Of a stretch of DNA of 64,000 bases, positions 37,537 to 52,202 are shown piece by piece. A program made the translations under genes and the position numbers. The DNA is from Azolla caroliniana (Eukaryota; Plantae; Polypodiophyta), in the NCBI GenBank assembly GCA_043228905.1, contig JBHGNT010000010.1, positions 4,774,001-4,838,000 on the forward strand, read 5' to 3'. Positions within the stretch are counted from its first letter, which is position 1, and each line of letters opens with the position of its first letter. The notes under the pieces were generated by a model. It made no database searches and was not told where the DNA came from. It saw nothing but the letters and a program-made list of their open reading frames with translations.

Positions 37537-38478
37537 ATGGGACCTTCCCAGAAGGGCTTCCACAATGATGAAGAAGACGAAGCAGCTTCGGGAGAAGAAC
37601 TAGAACTAGACGGCGACGAAGAAGGAGGCCCCGGCATGAGGAGAGAGCTCTCTGTCGAAGACCTCTTTGCTCCCCTCAACAGACTCGATGTTACGCGGGT
37701 TTCATCCCCCTCGGCGCAACATAGAAGGGCTCGATCTAGGGCTAGTTCTGATCGTACAGAGATGCAGAGGAAATACTCTCCTGAAGCAACCATCGCCAGA
37801 TCATCTGTGCTGTCTGTGTCGACCCCTCCGTCTAACTTGTCTGCTAACAACATAATGGCCTCTATACCTGAAGAGTCAGGTTTAGGGATTTCAGAAAGAT
37901 TCAATGACCATGGTGTGAATGGGCAAGATCAAGTTCAGACAGCGGCAGAGAGGAATCGAATTCACTCACAAGCAGACAGGGACCGAATTCACAGATGGTC
38001 GGATCCTTTGGTAGCTGCGCCAGGCGATGATCCTTTTCACACCCAGCCAGATGAAGACTCGTCTCGCTCCCTGCTAGATCCAAAGGGTATCCAAAGCCCC
38101 GAAGTGTTACACAATTCAACCTCTGATGACGACCGACACACTGGTAACTTCGATGACAGGAAACAGAGGAGGATGTTATCTAATCGGGAATCAGCACGTC
38201 GCTCCCGACTCCGTAAGCAACAACATTTGGACGAGTTACGGGGCCATGTGGCCCAACTCAGGTCTGAAAATGGCCAAATGCTCACTCGCTTCAACTTGGC
38301 TTCACAACATTTGACTCACATCTCGGAAGAGAATCGACAGCTCAGGTCAGAAGCCATGAACCTTAGCCATCAGCTCCAACGCCTTCACCATATTGTCGTC
38401 TCACATCGCAACAGCGCCAATGATATATTTCAAGCAGGAAGTAACAGTAAAAATAAGTTGGGGGCAAGTGGTAATTAA
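37537..38478 (+). CDS. bZIP transcription factor (group S/C-like basic region), 313 aa, intronless
   Basis: ATG in GCCATGG context. RKQRRMLSNRESARRSRLRKQQHLDEL followed by an extended heptad zipper (VAQLRSEN...EENRQLRSE...L...L). Confidence 0.9.
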   Translation: MGPSQKGFHNDEEDEAASGEELELDGDEEGGPGMRRELSVEDLFAPLNRLDVTRVSSPSAQHRRARSRASSDRTEMQRKYSPEATIARSSVLSVSTPPSNLSANNIMASIPEESGLGISERFNDHGVNGQDQVQTAAERNRIHSQADRDRIHRWSDPLVAAPGDDPFHTQPDEDSSRSLLDPKGIQSPEVLHNSTSDDDRHTGNFDDRKQRRMLSNRESARRSRLRKQQHLDELRGHVAQLRSENGQMLTRFNLASQHLTHISEENRQLRSEAMNLSHQLQRLHHIVVSHRNSANDIFQAGSNSKNKLGASGN

Positions 38479-38649
38479 TGATGGTGTTAAATCACAACCA
38501 TCTGTGTGAAGTGCAGTATTTGTTCTCCTCCTTTTTCCGGTGTTTGCTGGCTTTTGACATATCTCTGATGCTGTGTAGCACGTCTATGTTTAGCTGGGAT
38601 TCAGAATGTTTGCCATCACATCACATGATTGTTGTATACATTTGATTAA

Positions 38650-39150
38650 TCATATGATGGCCATTTATGTGGTCATCATTTGATCGATACTCAATCACAC
38701 ATTGGCTTGATGTATCCATTGTATCGAAACGTTGATTGATCAAACACATGATGTCCATTGATGTATGATTGACAACATGATGGCCACTGATGTGTCCAGT
38801 TGATACAATTGATAACTTGATGGCCGGCTATTGATATATGATCAACGAAGTTGGCCATTGATGTATCCATTTGATTTGATCACTAACTTGATGGCCATCA
38901 GTGTATCTATCCTTGCCAACTTGGTGACATGATTTATCCATTGGATATGGTCAACAACTTGATGATTATTCATGTATCCATATGATGAATCAGCAATATG
39001 GTGGCCCTTGATGTTTCTGCTTTGATTTAATCCATAATTTGATGGTCATCGATGCTTACATTTTGATGGTCATCAATGAGTGTTCCGATTGATAACATGA
39101 TGGCAACAATCAAAACGTAGATTGACAATATCACAGCCACTGATGTATAC
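38650..39150. repeat. Degenerate ~30-40-bp tandem array (TGATGGCCATTGATGTATCCA consensus) just 3' of the bZIP gene
   Basis: More than 10 recognisable units. Confidence 0.75.
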
Positions 39151-40723
39151 ATTCGGCCAGAATCTCAAATCTCGAAAACATGAATGATTATTTATGTATC
39201 TATTCTGTTGATCCAAATTTCATCAGAAGTGGATTTATATAAATACAGATGGGCATGGATATCCAAAGCTTTGTACATAACATTTAGTCTGATCAAATGT
39301 ATACTAGAAACTAAAAGTATTTCGTTTCTGCAATGAGTGATGTATACGATGTGTTTTCTGACAGTATTAGAAGACATCCATTTTTTATATGGTAAATCCT
39401 GTTATATACTTTCTTTCAACTGGAAATTTGAACCCTTGAAATTGTGAATTTCTTGTGTGTACATTCTTTTAAATATTCATGTTTTCATTCTTAGGACTCC
39501 AATACCTAGGAAAATCTTGTTACACTCTTGTAGAATGATTTGCATTTGTGTCACATTCAGCTTTATAATCTATGGTGGACATGTGCATCGAAGTCGTAAG
39601 CCACAAGGAATGTTCTAATACAATTGCATTTTGTTTTTCATATACAGAACTTTTCGTATGTTTCTCACCTTATGCTCTATACAAGCCGTACACGAGCCGC
39701 TGAAATCATTGACCATATTTTTGGGTACCATGCCTCTCATTTCAAATCAAGAAATTACTATGCATTCCCAAACAATACCTTTATTATGTTCTCATTTAAA
39801 GTCGAGCATCATATCAATGAAATTACTTTTGCCCTCAAATGTTCCAATTACGTTAACTCTATTTTGTTCCATTAACTTTCAACTATGCGTCAATGAACTC
39901 TATTCAATGCTCAAGCAGCGTCTTGTCTATTGAAGTGGCATCAAGAAGCCATCAGTACATATTATCCTAAAATCATGTCCCAGAACAGGAGGAAGTCATA
40001 TAATCTATAAATAAAACCTTGAAATTGATTATATCATTTGTGCACACACATAACTTGTCAAGCCCACACAAACATATTTACATAATAAGTTCACTCAGGA
40101 AAGCAGCAATACAAAGAGAGAGTGTCCCCTTGAGGATAACCTTGAATTGGAAAGTTTAAATCATTGCTACATCTATAAGAGAATCCAAACCATATGTTAT
40201 TGGAATCATAATCCAAACCATTAGTATTAAATCACATTCAAAACCTGAACTTTTAAAGAACTATTGATCCTTATTTTTGTATTATTCACTATGTGGATAA
40301 GATGACTAGTCAAACTTACACAAGCCCATACTACAGGAGAATTTCAAAACAAAGAGAAAATATCTTTGAGAAGGTGAGCACATAAAAGAACAAAGTTTGC
40401 ATATTTCCTTACATTTATCAAAATTGTCTATCTCCGTTCTTAGGTGGGACATCCCTTCCAGTACATGTGTAAGCTAAACTCACATTTCAAAGCTAATCAC
40501 AAGCAAAATAAAAATAATCATATGCTGCAGTATTTAAAACACTAAGCTTTCACCAAAGATCACCTTAGATTTAATGCTGCACATCATCTTGCTGCAGCAA
40601 TTTCATGTCATTATCTTACAGTCTCATCTGTCTCAAGGTTGAATGAATCTCACGAATACGAGCACATAAAACCATTAACATTGTCCTATCTCAAAGCTAC
40701 AAAACACACTTAAAAGTGGTCTA

Positions 40724-43700
40724 TTACCTGCCAGGAACCCTTTTCTTTACTTCTGAAAGGCTAAAATGCTGCGTGATCAAGATCACACACATAACGACAA
40801 TGAGGCAAGCAACAAGAGAGCTGAAAAGAAGTGCCCCGGGTTGTTGCGTTTGTACGAACCCATAGACACCGACTGAGGTAACAAGGATAAGGTCATTGAA
40901 TCCATCTCCAGAAAAATCAGCAACAACAAGTGTGTGTGTGGGTGGAAATGGAAGAAATAAGTTGCTTAGCTGACTTCCAGTAGGGGATATTACAACAGCT
41001 TCTTGCTCACCAGCCACAAGAATGACATCTGGCAGACCATGCACTCTCAACGGCATTACAGCTAACGTCGGTATAATTGTTTCGACTGTAACACCTGCTT
41101 GGACTGGAGGATTTGACCAGGTAGCTTGTGTCACGATCTGCCATCGGATACTTGCATCATGCCCATGAGGACCCAGACTGTATGATGTAACCTGCAAGTT
41201 AATGTTCTAGTTTCAAAAGTTGCATAAATGCAAACAAAGTCCTATTCTGAAAGTGTCCTGGACAATTGGGGTCCTGGAGTATTTTGCTGAAGAATAAAAT
41301 ATTCACCTCGCCACGGTTTGTAAGAAAAATCATGTCTCCATGACTTCCTCTGTGATGCTTTTTTCCATCGTATGTTGGAAATAATACTGGTGGTACGACT
41401 TCTAAAGGAAGAGAGTTCCCTCGCCTTGAATAATCATTATACTGGAACCCACCAAAGGGATAGTGTCGGCAGATAGATGCATTGAAAATTTGTTCCTTGA
41501 CAGGCACTCCCGATGTTACAATAGCTGTGCAAGGCCTTATGGCTTCCATCGATCCAGCTGGAACAAATCTTTCTGCTCCAACACCACCTACTGCCTACAA
41601 AATTATAGTATCTTATGTAAAAAGTAGTTTTCAACATTCTTCTTAAGGTTACTTCCCTCTGTAGAGAGTAATGAACCGTGTAATGCTTGTATTTATCATA
41701 ACCACCTTAGCCCTTTTATAGAGAAGTGTATATCTTAAACTGGACAGACTGTTGTGAATCAACCTTTTTTCACAAATAGGAAAAGAACATTTCAGACATG
41801 CACCTACCTCAATAAGTTGCATTCTGTACTTTTGTAATATCTCTTTCCGATCTTTTTTCTACTCTAAATTATATAAATAAATCTATCACCTACTCTCAAA
41901 ATTTCCACTCAATCTATTTCAAAAGGATGATTGCAATCGAGAAGGTTTAATACTCTGATAGATGAAAGTAAACAAAATTTCATAGTTCAATATTCTCACA
42001 TCTGTCAGCAGACGTATATAAAATACAAAAACTTGGAAATTATCCACACTGATACAGATTTAACAAAATAAACTCTGAAATTACTCAGACCTGTACATGA
42101 TCAAGCACCCCATCCCCATTTACATCTGCATGCAGACCTCCAGCTTCAAGATGAAGCTGTAAACAGAGAAAGCCCTGAATTTAGTCATCCAGCTTAGATG
42201 TGTCATAAAATTAGCTATTACAGAATATTTACCTTGCAAACAGTTCGTCCTGAAGCCAAATGGATAGCTTCAATGCCTTCCTTGAGATGTGCCACCAACA
42301 CATTGGGTACCCACCAAAGGTTGGTTTGATTGGTAATTGTGGGAAGATATAATGTTCGCTAGAAAACATGTACAGTAAAATGATGATCAGAGCTATTTTC
42401 TTAGCTTGGTTTTATAAGATTACATGCTCTTATAATGAATGTACATGCATAAAAGAGGAGATCTGTTGGGACAATTGCCAAGCTTTAGATAGTTTAAGAT
42501 GAAAACCAATAGGATGAAATAAATATTTGATAGGAGAAATTGCACAATAAACTGTATGCAAGTTGTAGGATTGTATGTTTGAACTTTGTACAGTGAAGTT
42601 GTATACAGACATTATTAAGACCTTGAGCTTATGAATAAAGCAAAGATAAAACTATATCAAGTTTAAGTATCAAAAGAGCACAATACCCTTCTGATTTTTT
42701 TTATGGCATGGCATGGCCAAAAAAGCTCAACAAAATAATTGGATCAAAAGTTTTCTAGATGGGAGAGAAACAAAGTCAGCACTGGTGCTCAAGTTCATGG
42801 GGGGAGATGCCTACTATATCGACTATAATAGTGAAGTAATCCAGTTAATTTCTTCCGCTTATTTTATGCAGAAGATATTACCTTCATTGGCTTTGTGTTT
42901 GATGCAAGGTCTGCTGCTTTACCAATGATATTTGCAAGCTTATTTCCAACATCTTTCCCTGGCTTTTGTACACCATCAGACTTGTGAATTCCTGATGATG
43001 ATTTACTTCCAGGAAGCTTTTTATGAATCTTCCGTTTGTGCTTGCGAAAATGAGCCAATGTAAATTTAGTATCTTCCCTCCTCTCCTGTATGATATATAA
43101 TACAAAGTTCATACAGCCAGAATAAACAGTGAAAATAACTGAAACAGAACCTTTGACAACAATGTGCACAAGAATCTAAGAAGCATACCCATCGATGAGG
43201 CATAACACCCAGGATGGATTCACGGAACTCCCTGCACTCTACCTGCACTGCACAAAAGTTAGCTGAAACAAATAGGACCTTCTGAAAACAATTATCTCAT
43301 ATCTGATTTTTATAATTTGAAAATAGACATTAGCACACTTGACTCTATATCAACCCATCTATTTAGTTTAAGAACTTAGACACTTGACTCTCTATCAAGT
43401 AGCTAAGTCCGTTTTCTCATGGAGGATATAATTTTCAAGTCAACCTTTGGGTTTAGATTGGAAGTTCCCTAAAAATGCAATGTAGAACAAATGCAAGGTA
43501 GCAAGTTACAACAGAAAAGCCTTCTTCCATCATTCATAATAGAGAATAATAATATGTACTCATTTCTCTAATAAATGTAGACAAAATGAGGTCATCTCAT
43601 AACCTCTCCTGCAATACTGGCATCCAGTATTAAAATACAAAGAACATAATGTGAACCTTCAATTTTCACATGAATTCTAGAATTTGTGAAACAGCTTACT

Positions 43701-46700
43701 CACTTCACCCTTCTGCCGGCTATTCATGCTGTTTGCATCTAGTTTGTAGTTGTGCTGTGGAATAAGATTTATTTCATTTGAGGGTCTCTTAAAATCCTGC
43801 ATAACAATGTCCATAAGACAGGAAGAAAATAAAATAAGGAGCATGATAGCAAGAAGCATGAAATAAAAAGCATAACCAATCATAACATTTATCAATATTA
43901 ACAAGGACAATATATACAAATTTGCATTCTGAAATGTTGAGCATGGATTAATCATTGAAACAGGGTGCATTGTCAAAGCAATAAAGATTTAAATCACTTG
44001 ATGAAAGTTGCAACCAGGAGTATGCCATAGTTTTTCTACATTCAACCATACAGCAAATGCATAGAGAATTATGGATAGACCCCCTGAAATATGACTCAAC
44101 AAGTGAATTTACCATCATCTGACTGAAATAAAAATCATCAAGAGAGTTTATCACAAACATCAACAGAAGCACAAACAGTACAGATAATGAATTACTTCAG
44201 ACCTAACAAGAAGCCAGACAACTATTCTCAACATATAATCAAATATATAAATATAACATACAGGATTCCTAACCCCTAAGCAAAACACTCTCCTAGATTT
44301 TGTTGGTGTCTAGGCCTTGATGGAATCTCTACAGCTACCTTTCATAGACTAAGAGTCAAGCAAAACAAGCTTGCATCATGTGTGTACTCTCTAATTCTGA
44401 CTATAAATCTAAACATAAAGAAAAGAAATCCGCATAACCACCCAGAAGAAAAGCATACAAGCAAATACATGAACCAGAAGTACAACCTTCACTTCGTTTG
44501 AACCCTTAAATTTGCAAGATTACTGCTCCTTCACACAGTGTAGGAAGAAAAAAAAAACGAAGCATACCTGGCTTTTATGAGTCCATCGCTGAATACCAGT
44601 TTTACCAGCAAAAGCATAGTAGTGCATGTGTTTTCCCTTCCCACCACCTTGACCAGAGGACAGATCTTCATTAGCCTAAACAAAAATGGCAAAAAATTAA
44701 ATGGAAGTAAGAAAATTTTGACACATCATATCATCATTTCCTTAACTTTGATTAAACAGATGTCATCTAAGGCCACCAAATTTCAATGAAAAAGCAAATC
44801 TGACTAAAACCTGTTTCTTCTTACCAACAAGAATATGGTATCATTTATATCTTTATTATCCCCATTTGGGCTTAATGGGGATACTTTGAAAGTAAGAAAA
44901 TTTGTAGTTGTGCTGAACAACTTTAGAGAATCATCCTGGAGGTTCTGCACGCAGGAACATTGCAATGTAGCATTATCACTATGGGAATAGTAGGCTGCCA
45001 TACTAACAATGGCCTCATGTTCCGCTATGAGGACTTAACAAGTTCAGTCTAAATTTTTTGTATTAGCCTCTGATACACCCTCCAGGTTTCAATTGTCACA
45101 TTGTTTCATCATCCAGGGGGTGTGAAAAACAATGTGTACCCACTTCTTATTGACTGGTAGCCTTATTCTTATGATGCATAATTAGAAGTTCCCCACTTCT
45201 TATTTGTGATGTTATTTTGCTGGCATGTCAGCATGGATAAGATCTTGTAATCAATGAGTAACAAACTCCCTTGTGTTGCACTCATATAGATGCAACCTAA
45301 AAATGCCACGATTACCACATTCATCCCAGAATACATCACAATATATAGAGGCATTACATCTTTCCATAATGCCAACTTGAAATTGAAATGATCTCACGAA
45401 GACGATCCTTGCTCTCATTAAACATTGCAATGCCAAGAGACATAACACTAGAGCAGTCTTTTTTGCTTTTGGATGAGTCTAATACAAACCTCTGAGTCTT
45501 CAGCTGATTGGCGGTGCCGCTCTGCTTTCCGCTGAGCCAGTAATTCTTCCTGAAATTGATCAAGGAATAACTGAAAGAAAAAACAAACAAAAACCAAGTA
45601 CTATCCAATCAATAATGATCCACAGTACCACAGAGATGATGACAATAGCACTAAGCTTTAAATTCTTTCAAAATGTTAAAGAAAACCTGTGGTTGGACTT
45701 CCACACTTCCACCCACAATGACAAGTCCCACATCTCCATGTCTTAGTGTGTAGTTTGTTATGAGAATGGTAGCTTCTTTATGTCGTGCTTGAGTTGGAAA
45801 ATCCTCCTGGAAAGAGAAAGCGCCCCATGTCATTAACAAATCTGGAAACTAGTAACGCTGATCTAAGGCATACAGAATGGAAATTACCGATAAATCTGCT
45901 TCCCACAGCTTCTTCAAATTATGGTCATAGCAAATTACATTCCATCCTGCTGTTAGAACTACCAAAACTTGCTTAGCAATGTCATTTTGCCTGTAAGATC
46001 GTTGGATGGAGCCTGCTGCCATTGCAACAGGAAATCTCCCAGCTGCTATTCTCACTTTCTCTGGTAAAAGTGATACCTTTGCAAGAATACGTGACTCACT
46101 GAAGCCATCGTCAGTGACTTTATGGTGTGGCTCAACAACCTGTGAAATCATGAACATTCAACATTGTATTACGAATCTATAACAGAAAATCACTACCAAC
46201 CATTAAAGCAAAATAGCAGTACATGGTATGAGCAACAGTTTTTACATTGGTTTCAAGTGTTATGGACATTCAAGAATCAGGTGTTACTTAACATGTTTTG
46301 TACAAATTGTACAGAGGCTCGAATGCAATGGTTTGCTATCTTATCATCTTCCTTTCTTCTCTTTTCTAAAAGATAAGTTGAATAACAAGCAGGACGGTCT
46401 TAAATTGTGATAAGGATAAAATGATCTTCAACTATGGTATGGATAAGCTTCCAATTATGGACATGTCTTTCTGTACCAGCCATTCTGATATTAAACATGT
46501 CACCTCATCCTCGAGCACCCCAACAAGCATTCATCGGATCCATCTGAAACAATACATTATCACTTCTTTTGTTTCGACTTTTCACCCTGCATTCAATCTT
46601 GATAGCCCTGCCTCTGTTTGAAAATCAAGACTGCATAGTTATATCGCATCTATTTTACACTTCTCTCATAGTTTCCTTCCCATTACTAAGAATGATTCTC

Positions 46701-49319
46701 CTCACACCAGGATAGATTGATCCCACATGATCCGTTTTATCTAATGTGTACACATAATGAAACCCAGAAGATCCTAGCTCCTCAGGCTGATCCCAGAAAA
46801 AGTAGCTACAGTTGTTTTCAAAACCTAAAGATTTCCATGACCTTCATGATTGGGAATTTGATTCAAATTATAAAATGCATGGAAATGTAATCTATACGGC
46901 CCAAGTCAGCGATTGTAATCTCATATTTAAATCTTCAATGTGTTAACCTGTTCTTCAAGTTTGCAAACTAATTGTATACAAGAAGACCTCCCCTCCCATT
47001 TGTATCATATAATTATTTAACATGGAAGCCTTTGTATCCTTACACTGAGTGCCTATCCAATGTTCTTTCATATCCATGTTAAGGGAACATTCACATATAA
47101 TTATTCATATATGAACTCCATTAATGTCCTGTTTGGCAATACCATTTATGTTTTTGTTCTCCTTTTGAGCATCCTATCTCATATCTTGCATGTGAGTTAG
47201 GCAGTGTAATTGTATGGTCTTGTTGAGTGAGAGCAGGGAACATGTGTATATTTGAGCTATTATTGGAACCTCTTTCACACAAACTGCATGATTTCAACCT
47301 AGGAGATGCGTAATTCTTTTTTTTTCATGTTAGGAATGTTACTCACCAGTATTCTATATAAAATGTTCAGTTGTGATGGATGTTGATTTCTTACATGCTT
47401 TCATTCATGTTCCAGAGAATCGTACACCCTTTTACACCCACACCAACCCTTAAAGTCACAATTGCAATATTGACTAGAAATGTGTCTTGACTCCGTTCTC
47501 TTTGAGGCAAAACAGATTGTGATACTATTACTCAATATCTTCCTCACAACATTCACCTTTGACAGTACAATCTCCGGAGATTCCAATGTAGAATGATGAA
47601 AAGAATAGAAATCAAAATGCCTATCAGAACCTCATACCTACCAAAGGTTATAGCTTCTAATATTAACTCATGAAGACAAGTATCAAAACAAAAATGAGTA
47701 TCTAGTCATAAGTAGTCGATACCAGTCATGTTAGATGTCTGATCACTGGAACTGAATCATTTTCATCTGACGATCTCGATCATGGGTGATTCAATATGAA
47801 AAGCCCTCTGATGCCATGTGATGATGATCTTTAATATATGAGACATATTTAAATTCTAAGTATCCAAATTTACATAATTATAACCCAATATTACCATTGA
47901 TTAAACTTGGAACCTTAACTAGGAACCACAACAGATGTTTCAAATGTGTCATTAACAGGTTTTGACAGCAAGCCTTGTTATATTGTTGCATAAATCATTT
48001 CAGTGCATTTTATTATATGGTATGACAATTAGATCACACAAATTTCCACCGATAATATAAATTCCAAATTCTTTCTTTGACCTTTTAGTGCGCATCACAG
48101 TAATGATAAGTATATGGTGTGGACGTACATGTAACTCAACTTAATACGTGATATATACCATCAATGTTACTCAAGAAGTTTTATTAGGAACCACTTACAT
48201 GGATTTCTGCATCAGGGGTAGCAATTAGAACCTCTCTACGCCCATCTCCGTTGAGGTCTGTTACCAAAGGTGGTGGAAGACGTTCTGCTTCATGTTTAAA
48301 TGGAATTGAATCTTCAATTGGATGATACCATGCCTCCTTGAATGAAAAATTCCCTTGGTTCTGTTTGTAGTTCAAATAAAAGTTTATAAACAAATAGCAG
48401 GCAACTTAGCATTATAAATATTAGTGTGGTTGTTGCAAATGGATGTCTCAAGCACACATTGAAATTTTTATCTCTGTTAGCAACACGTAAAGAATGATGT
48501 GCGATCCATTTCAAGATTTTTTCTATAAAGCAATGATCATTCCATGGTTTGTATCATTCAGCCTATGCTTTTCTTAGCTTCAAAATCTATGCGTCGTTAC
48601 TTGCCATTATATATGAGTTACAATGATGAAAGCTTACATCACTAGAATCTGAAAGCAATTTCAATTACATAATATCCTCACTAAAAGCTGTCATTATAGA
48701 GCATTTGAACCATATGTAATGACATTAACCAATTAAAGATGTTTTTTATGGGTCTGGAAAAGATTCAAAGTAGCTTAGAAAATCTGAACATGACATCATT
48801 TCATCGAAAATGTATAATTTGTTATTATTTTGAAAATATGGCATTGGAAATTTTCATTGAAGGACAAAGTATGATATAAATACATCATTTTTCTATTAGA
48901 TTCCATTAATTGTGTGGTATTTTTTACATAATTTTCCTACTATTTCACGCATGAAAAGGAAATACGATGACAAATTACCAACAAAAAAGTCTCAACTAGT
49001 GAAGGTAATTTTTCCTAAAATAATTAGTAAAATAACCCACCTAACCTATTTTCTTAATGATCAGAGACTTTTCCCTGTATCTCTTTACAGTCTTCAATAA
49101 ATTTTAACTCGTATCATGGTGTAAATTTCATCCATGCAGTTTACAGAGAGAGAGAGAGAGAGACGTATAAAGTCAGAATCTTGCGTATAAAACAATAATG
49201 CTAGAAAATGAAAGAGCAAATTAAATTGACGAATGTTTTCTGGCATTTTTGCTGACCTGAAGAGAGAAGAAGATCGCAAAAGCACAGAGGAGGAGGATGC
49301 CGAGGTCCCTTTTCCGCAT
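40724..49319 (-). CDS. NERD1: FG-GAP repeat-containing membrane protein, NERD1-like, ~694 aa, 13 exons
   Basis: Exons (-): 49319-49257, 48360-48199, 46139-45888, 45806-45687, 45570-45490, 44675-44568, 43796-43704, 43242-43189, 43085-42882, 42358-42233, 42156-42091, 41594-41307, 41191-40724; all introns GT-AG and phase 0. N-terminus MRKRDLGILLLCAFAIFFSLQ; FG-GAP motifs DLNGDG, DVNGDG and DFSGDG; C-terminal TM helix. Confidence 0.9.
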
Positions 49320-49479
49320 CTCTTCTGGGAATATGAAGAAGAAGAAGAAGAAGACGAAATCAGGAGCAACTGATGCAGGAGCAGCAGCAGAGATCTCTCA
49401 GCTGTGCGATGCAGATTATATATACATATATGTATATGTAAAATGTATGTACTGTTTGGACCTGGGTTTTCATTCTTTC

Positions 49480-49590
49480 TCAAAATGCCCCTGTAATTTC
49501 ACTATTTCCCCAAATGCCCCTGGAATTTTCATTATTTTCTGCCAAATGCCCCTGGGTTTCTCATTATTATCTCTCCACATGCCCCTGAGA
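49480..49590. mobile_element. Mutator-like TIR remnant (four AAATGCCCCTG-type subrepeats) just upstream of NERD1
   Basis: Units spaced ~30 bp, resembling the AATGCCCCTGG subrepeats of the 10132 MITE. Another AAAATGCCCT near 49920. Confidence 0.45.
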
Positions 49591-50209
49591 TCTCGGTGTG
49601 AGTTCTCGTTATATCGACATGGGGTCAAAAAAAAACAAAGGTTTTCATCAATTTGACCACCCGAAGTGAGACCTCGCCAAAGATCCTACCATGTCCCAAA
49701 CGTTGAGATCTCCATGTGGTTGCCCGCCCACAAACCAACGCGTTCTTCGATCAGGTTGCCATATCAAAAGGAGAGAAGGGATGGGGAGTGGGACTCGTAA
49801 ATCGCAGCCTAACGCTATCCACACACCCCCACCCGCTACACCAAAAAAACAAAACTAAAAGCAAAAAGCAAGGAGAAGGAAGTCTTTGCTTGGCTTAAAC
49901 CAACTTTTGGGAATTTCCCAAAATGCCCTTCTATCTATCTATCGATCTAGTTAGTTAGCTAGCTAACTAGCTAACTAATTATCTATTTATCTCATCGGTA
50001 TACCTCCACAACTTCAAGTTGATAATAGACACGTTTGTGCTTCCCCTTCTTCACTTTCAACATTAGGTTAATGAATCTCTTACTCATCAATAGACCAACT
50101 CAAAGTAAAAACAGGTGAATAGATCCCATACCAAACGATATTAGGATGATTAGTACCTTGTAATGTATCTTATTAAGTAGCTAGTTGGCCTCGTATTTAT
50201 ATATGGATG

Positions 50210-50594
50210 TAACAATTGGCAATGGTTCGGTTTGAGAGGGTCCAAACAAAATTGTTTAAAATTTTTAAAACCTGAATCGAACCGAACCGAACCACGAAAC
50301 CGGTAAACCGAATTGTTAAACCATTAAACTGTAAAAACTGTGGTTTCGTGGTTCGGTTTTGGTTTTCAACATAGGTCAAAATTTTAATTTTAAATTTATA
50401 ATATTTCCTTTTTAAAATTTTTTAAGATGTTCCTAAAATTTGAAAAACAAGGTCTAAAAATGAAAATATTATTTAAAAACAATTTAAATAAAAAAAAACG
50501 TTAAACCGTTTAAACCGCGGTTACTCCTGAAAAGGAAACCGAACTGTAGAAACCGTTACTCCTGAAAAGGAAACCGAACCGTTGTCGATTGTTA
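50210..50594. mobile_element. Non-autonomous hAT-like element, 385 bp
   Basis: 24-bp TIRs (21/24 match; left TAACAATTGGCAATGGTTCGGTTT). 8-bp TSD TATGGATG/TATGGATC. Many subterminal AAACCG motifs around an AT-rich core. Confidence 0.8.
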
Positions 50595-51329
50595 TATGGA
50601 TCTCTCCAAGCCCTTTTGAATGTGTGCTTTATTTGTTTTCAAGATCATGATAGTGCATGCCTTATCCTTCCCTCTATCCAACCATGTTAGTCCCTTTCTA
50701 ACTTAAGCAAACATACCTTTTACTTATGTTTTCTAAATATTAGTGACCTAGGCTCACCTACATTATGTGTTTGTTTGCTCAAGAGAGTAATTAACTATGT
50801 GCAAAAACAAGTGAGCTCGGGAGTACTATTGTAGTATTGTGAGTAACAAACAAATGTTGTGAACAACAAATAGGCTAATAACCATACTAGATGAGAACGG
50901 ATAAATATTAGGTTTGGAAAACCATTTGTTGCCTACCAAAAGGAAGGATGTAACAAGTAATCAAAGGGTATGATGTATGCACATATGCATCAAAATGTTC
51001 TGATGGTTGTTTGCACAAATGTCATGGATAATTAGTAAGAGTAGAAAGGAGATAGGAGATAAGGAATGTGAGACAAGAGACAATATATTGAGAGAAAAAG
51101 AATGCACTTATTATTCCGTAACTAGTGTTGTTCACCTTGATTGGGATCGAGATGAACAACAAATTGGTGTTGTTTATACGTTCTCTTGAGAAAAACATGT
51201 AGGCAAAGAATATTCCAAAAAGATGCATGCCAGCCTAGACCTTTCTAGAATTTTCCAAAGATTTTAAGAATGACAACTATTCTAAATGTACATGTACTAT
51301 TTTGTCATAACCATATGATTATTGAGATG

Positions 51330-52202
51330 CATTGATTATGAGCCTTGGTTATGACATGGGAGGTTGGGGGTTTGATTATTGTCTGTGACATTATCCTCCC
51401 TTGAATGACAACCTCCAAAACTTCGTCTCGGCTTGGGTGTATAATTTTGATGAAAATCACAAACTACATCAACAAAATTCTTTAAATTCTTGGTCAGCTC
51501 CCATGTTGTTTCTGAGATGGGGTACTCTTTCCACAAAACAAGGTATTGAAGTTGTCGATGAAGGAGGTGAAAGTCAAGTATCCTATCGGCCTAATACTCC
51601 TCCCATATGGATAATTCGATTGGTGGGGAGGAGAAGGGTGACATCGTAGAATTTGAGATGGATGGTGAGGTTCAAGAAGGGATACATGGAAGACATTATG
51701 AATCCTAAAATCTAAACAGAGTTCTAAGTGGACATCGATTGGGTTTATTTTCTTGATGATTTGGAAATGTTCAGACTTCTTGTAGTTCAACTTCGTGTAG
51801 GAGTGACTAGTGGTAATATTTTGGCGTAGGAGCCAAACCAAATCTCCAAATTTAAAGGTAGGGGTATCTAATCGATAGCAACCTGATCCTTATATCGTTT
51901 GCCACTAAGGATGAGCTTGAAGGATAGGTTTCGATGTATGTCCTCCCAGTTATAGGCTTGTTCTTATGCCAAGGGGCTTACAGAGTTGGATGGGATGGAA
52001 ATGTTGAAGTGAGGGTGTACACCATAGTTTTCAAAGAATGAGGTAACTTTGGTCGACCCACGTAATGAGTTGTTGTAAGCAAACTCTATCATTGGGACTA
52101 TCCAAACCAAATCTTCGACTTCAAAGACGGGGGTATCTGATTGATGATGGTTGACTTAATCTTTTGTTGACAAGCCGGTAGCTCAAATAGGAATCGACCC
52201 GG
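51330..52202 (-). mobile_element. Ty3/Gypsy chromovirus remnant: integrase C-terminus, chromodomain, PPT and start of the 3' LTR
   Basis: Motifs VWL..QNI, IHNVFHVSLLEP and WKEYPISETTWE on the - strand. Purine tract CAAGGGAGGATAA followed by TGTCAC at 51390. Confidence 0.75.
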
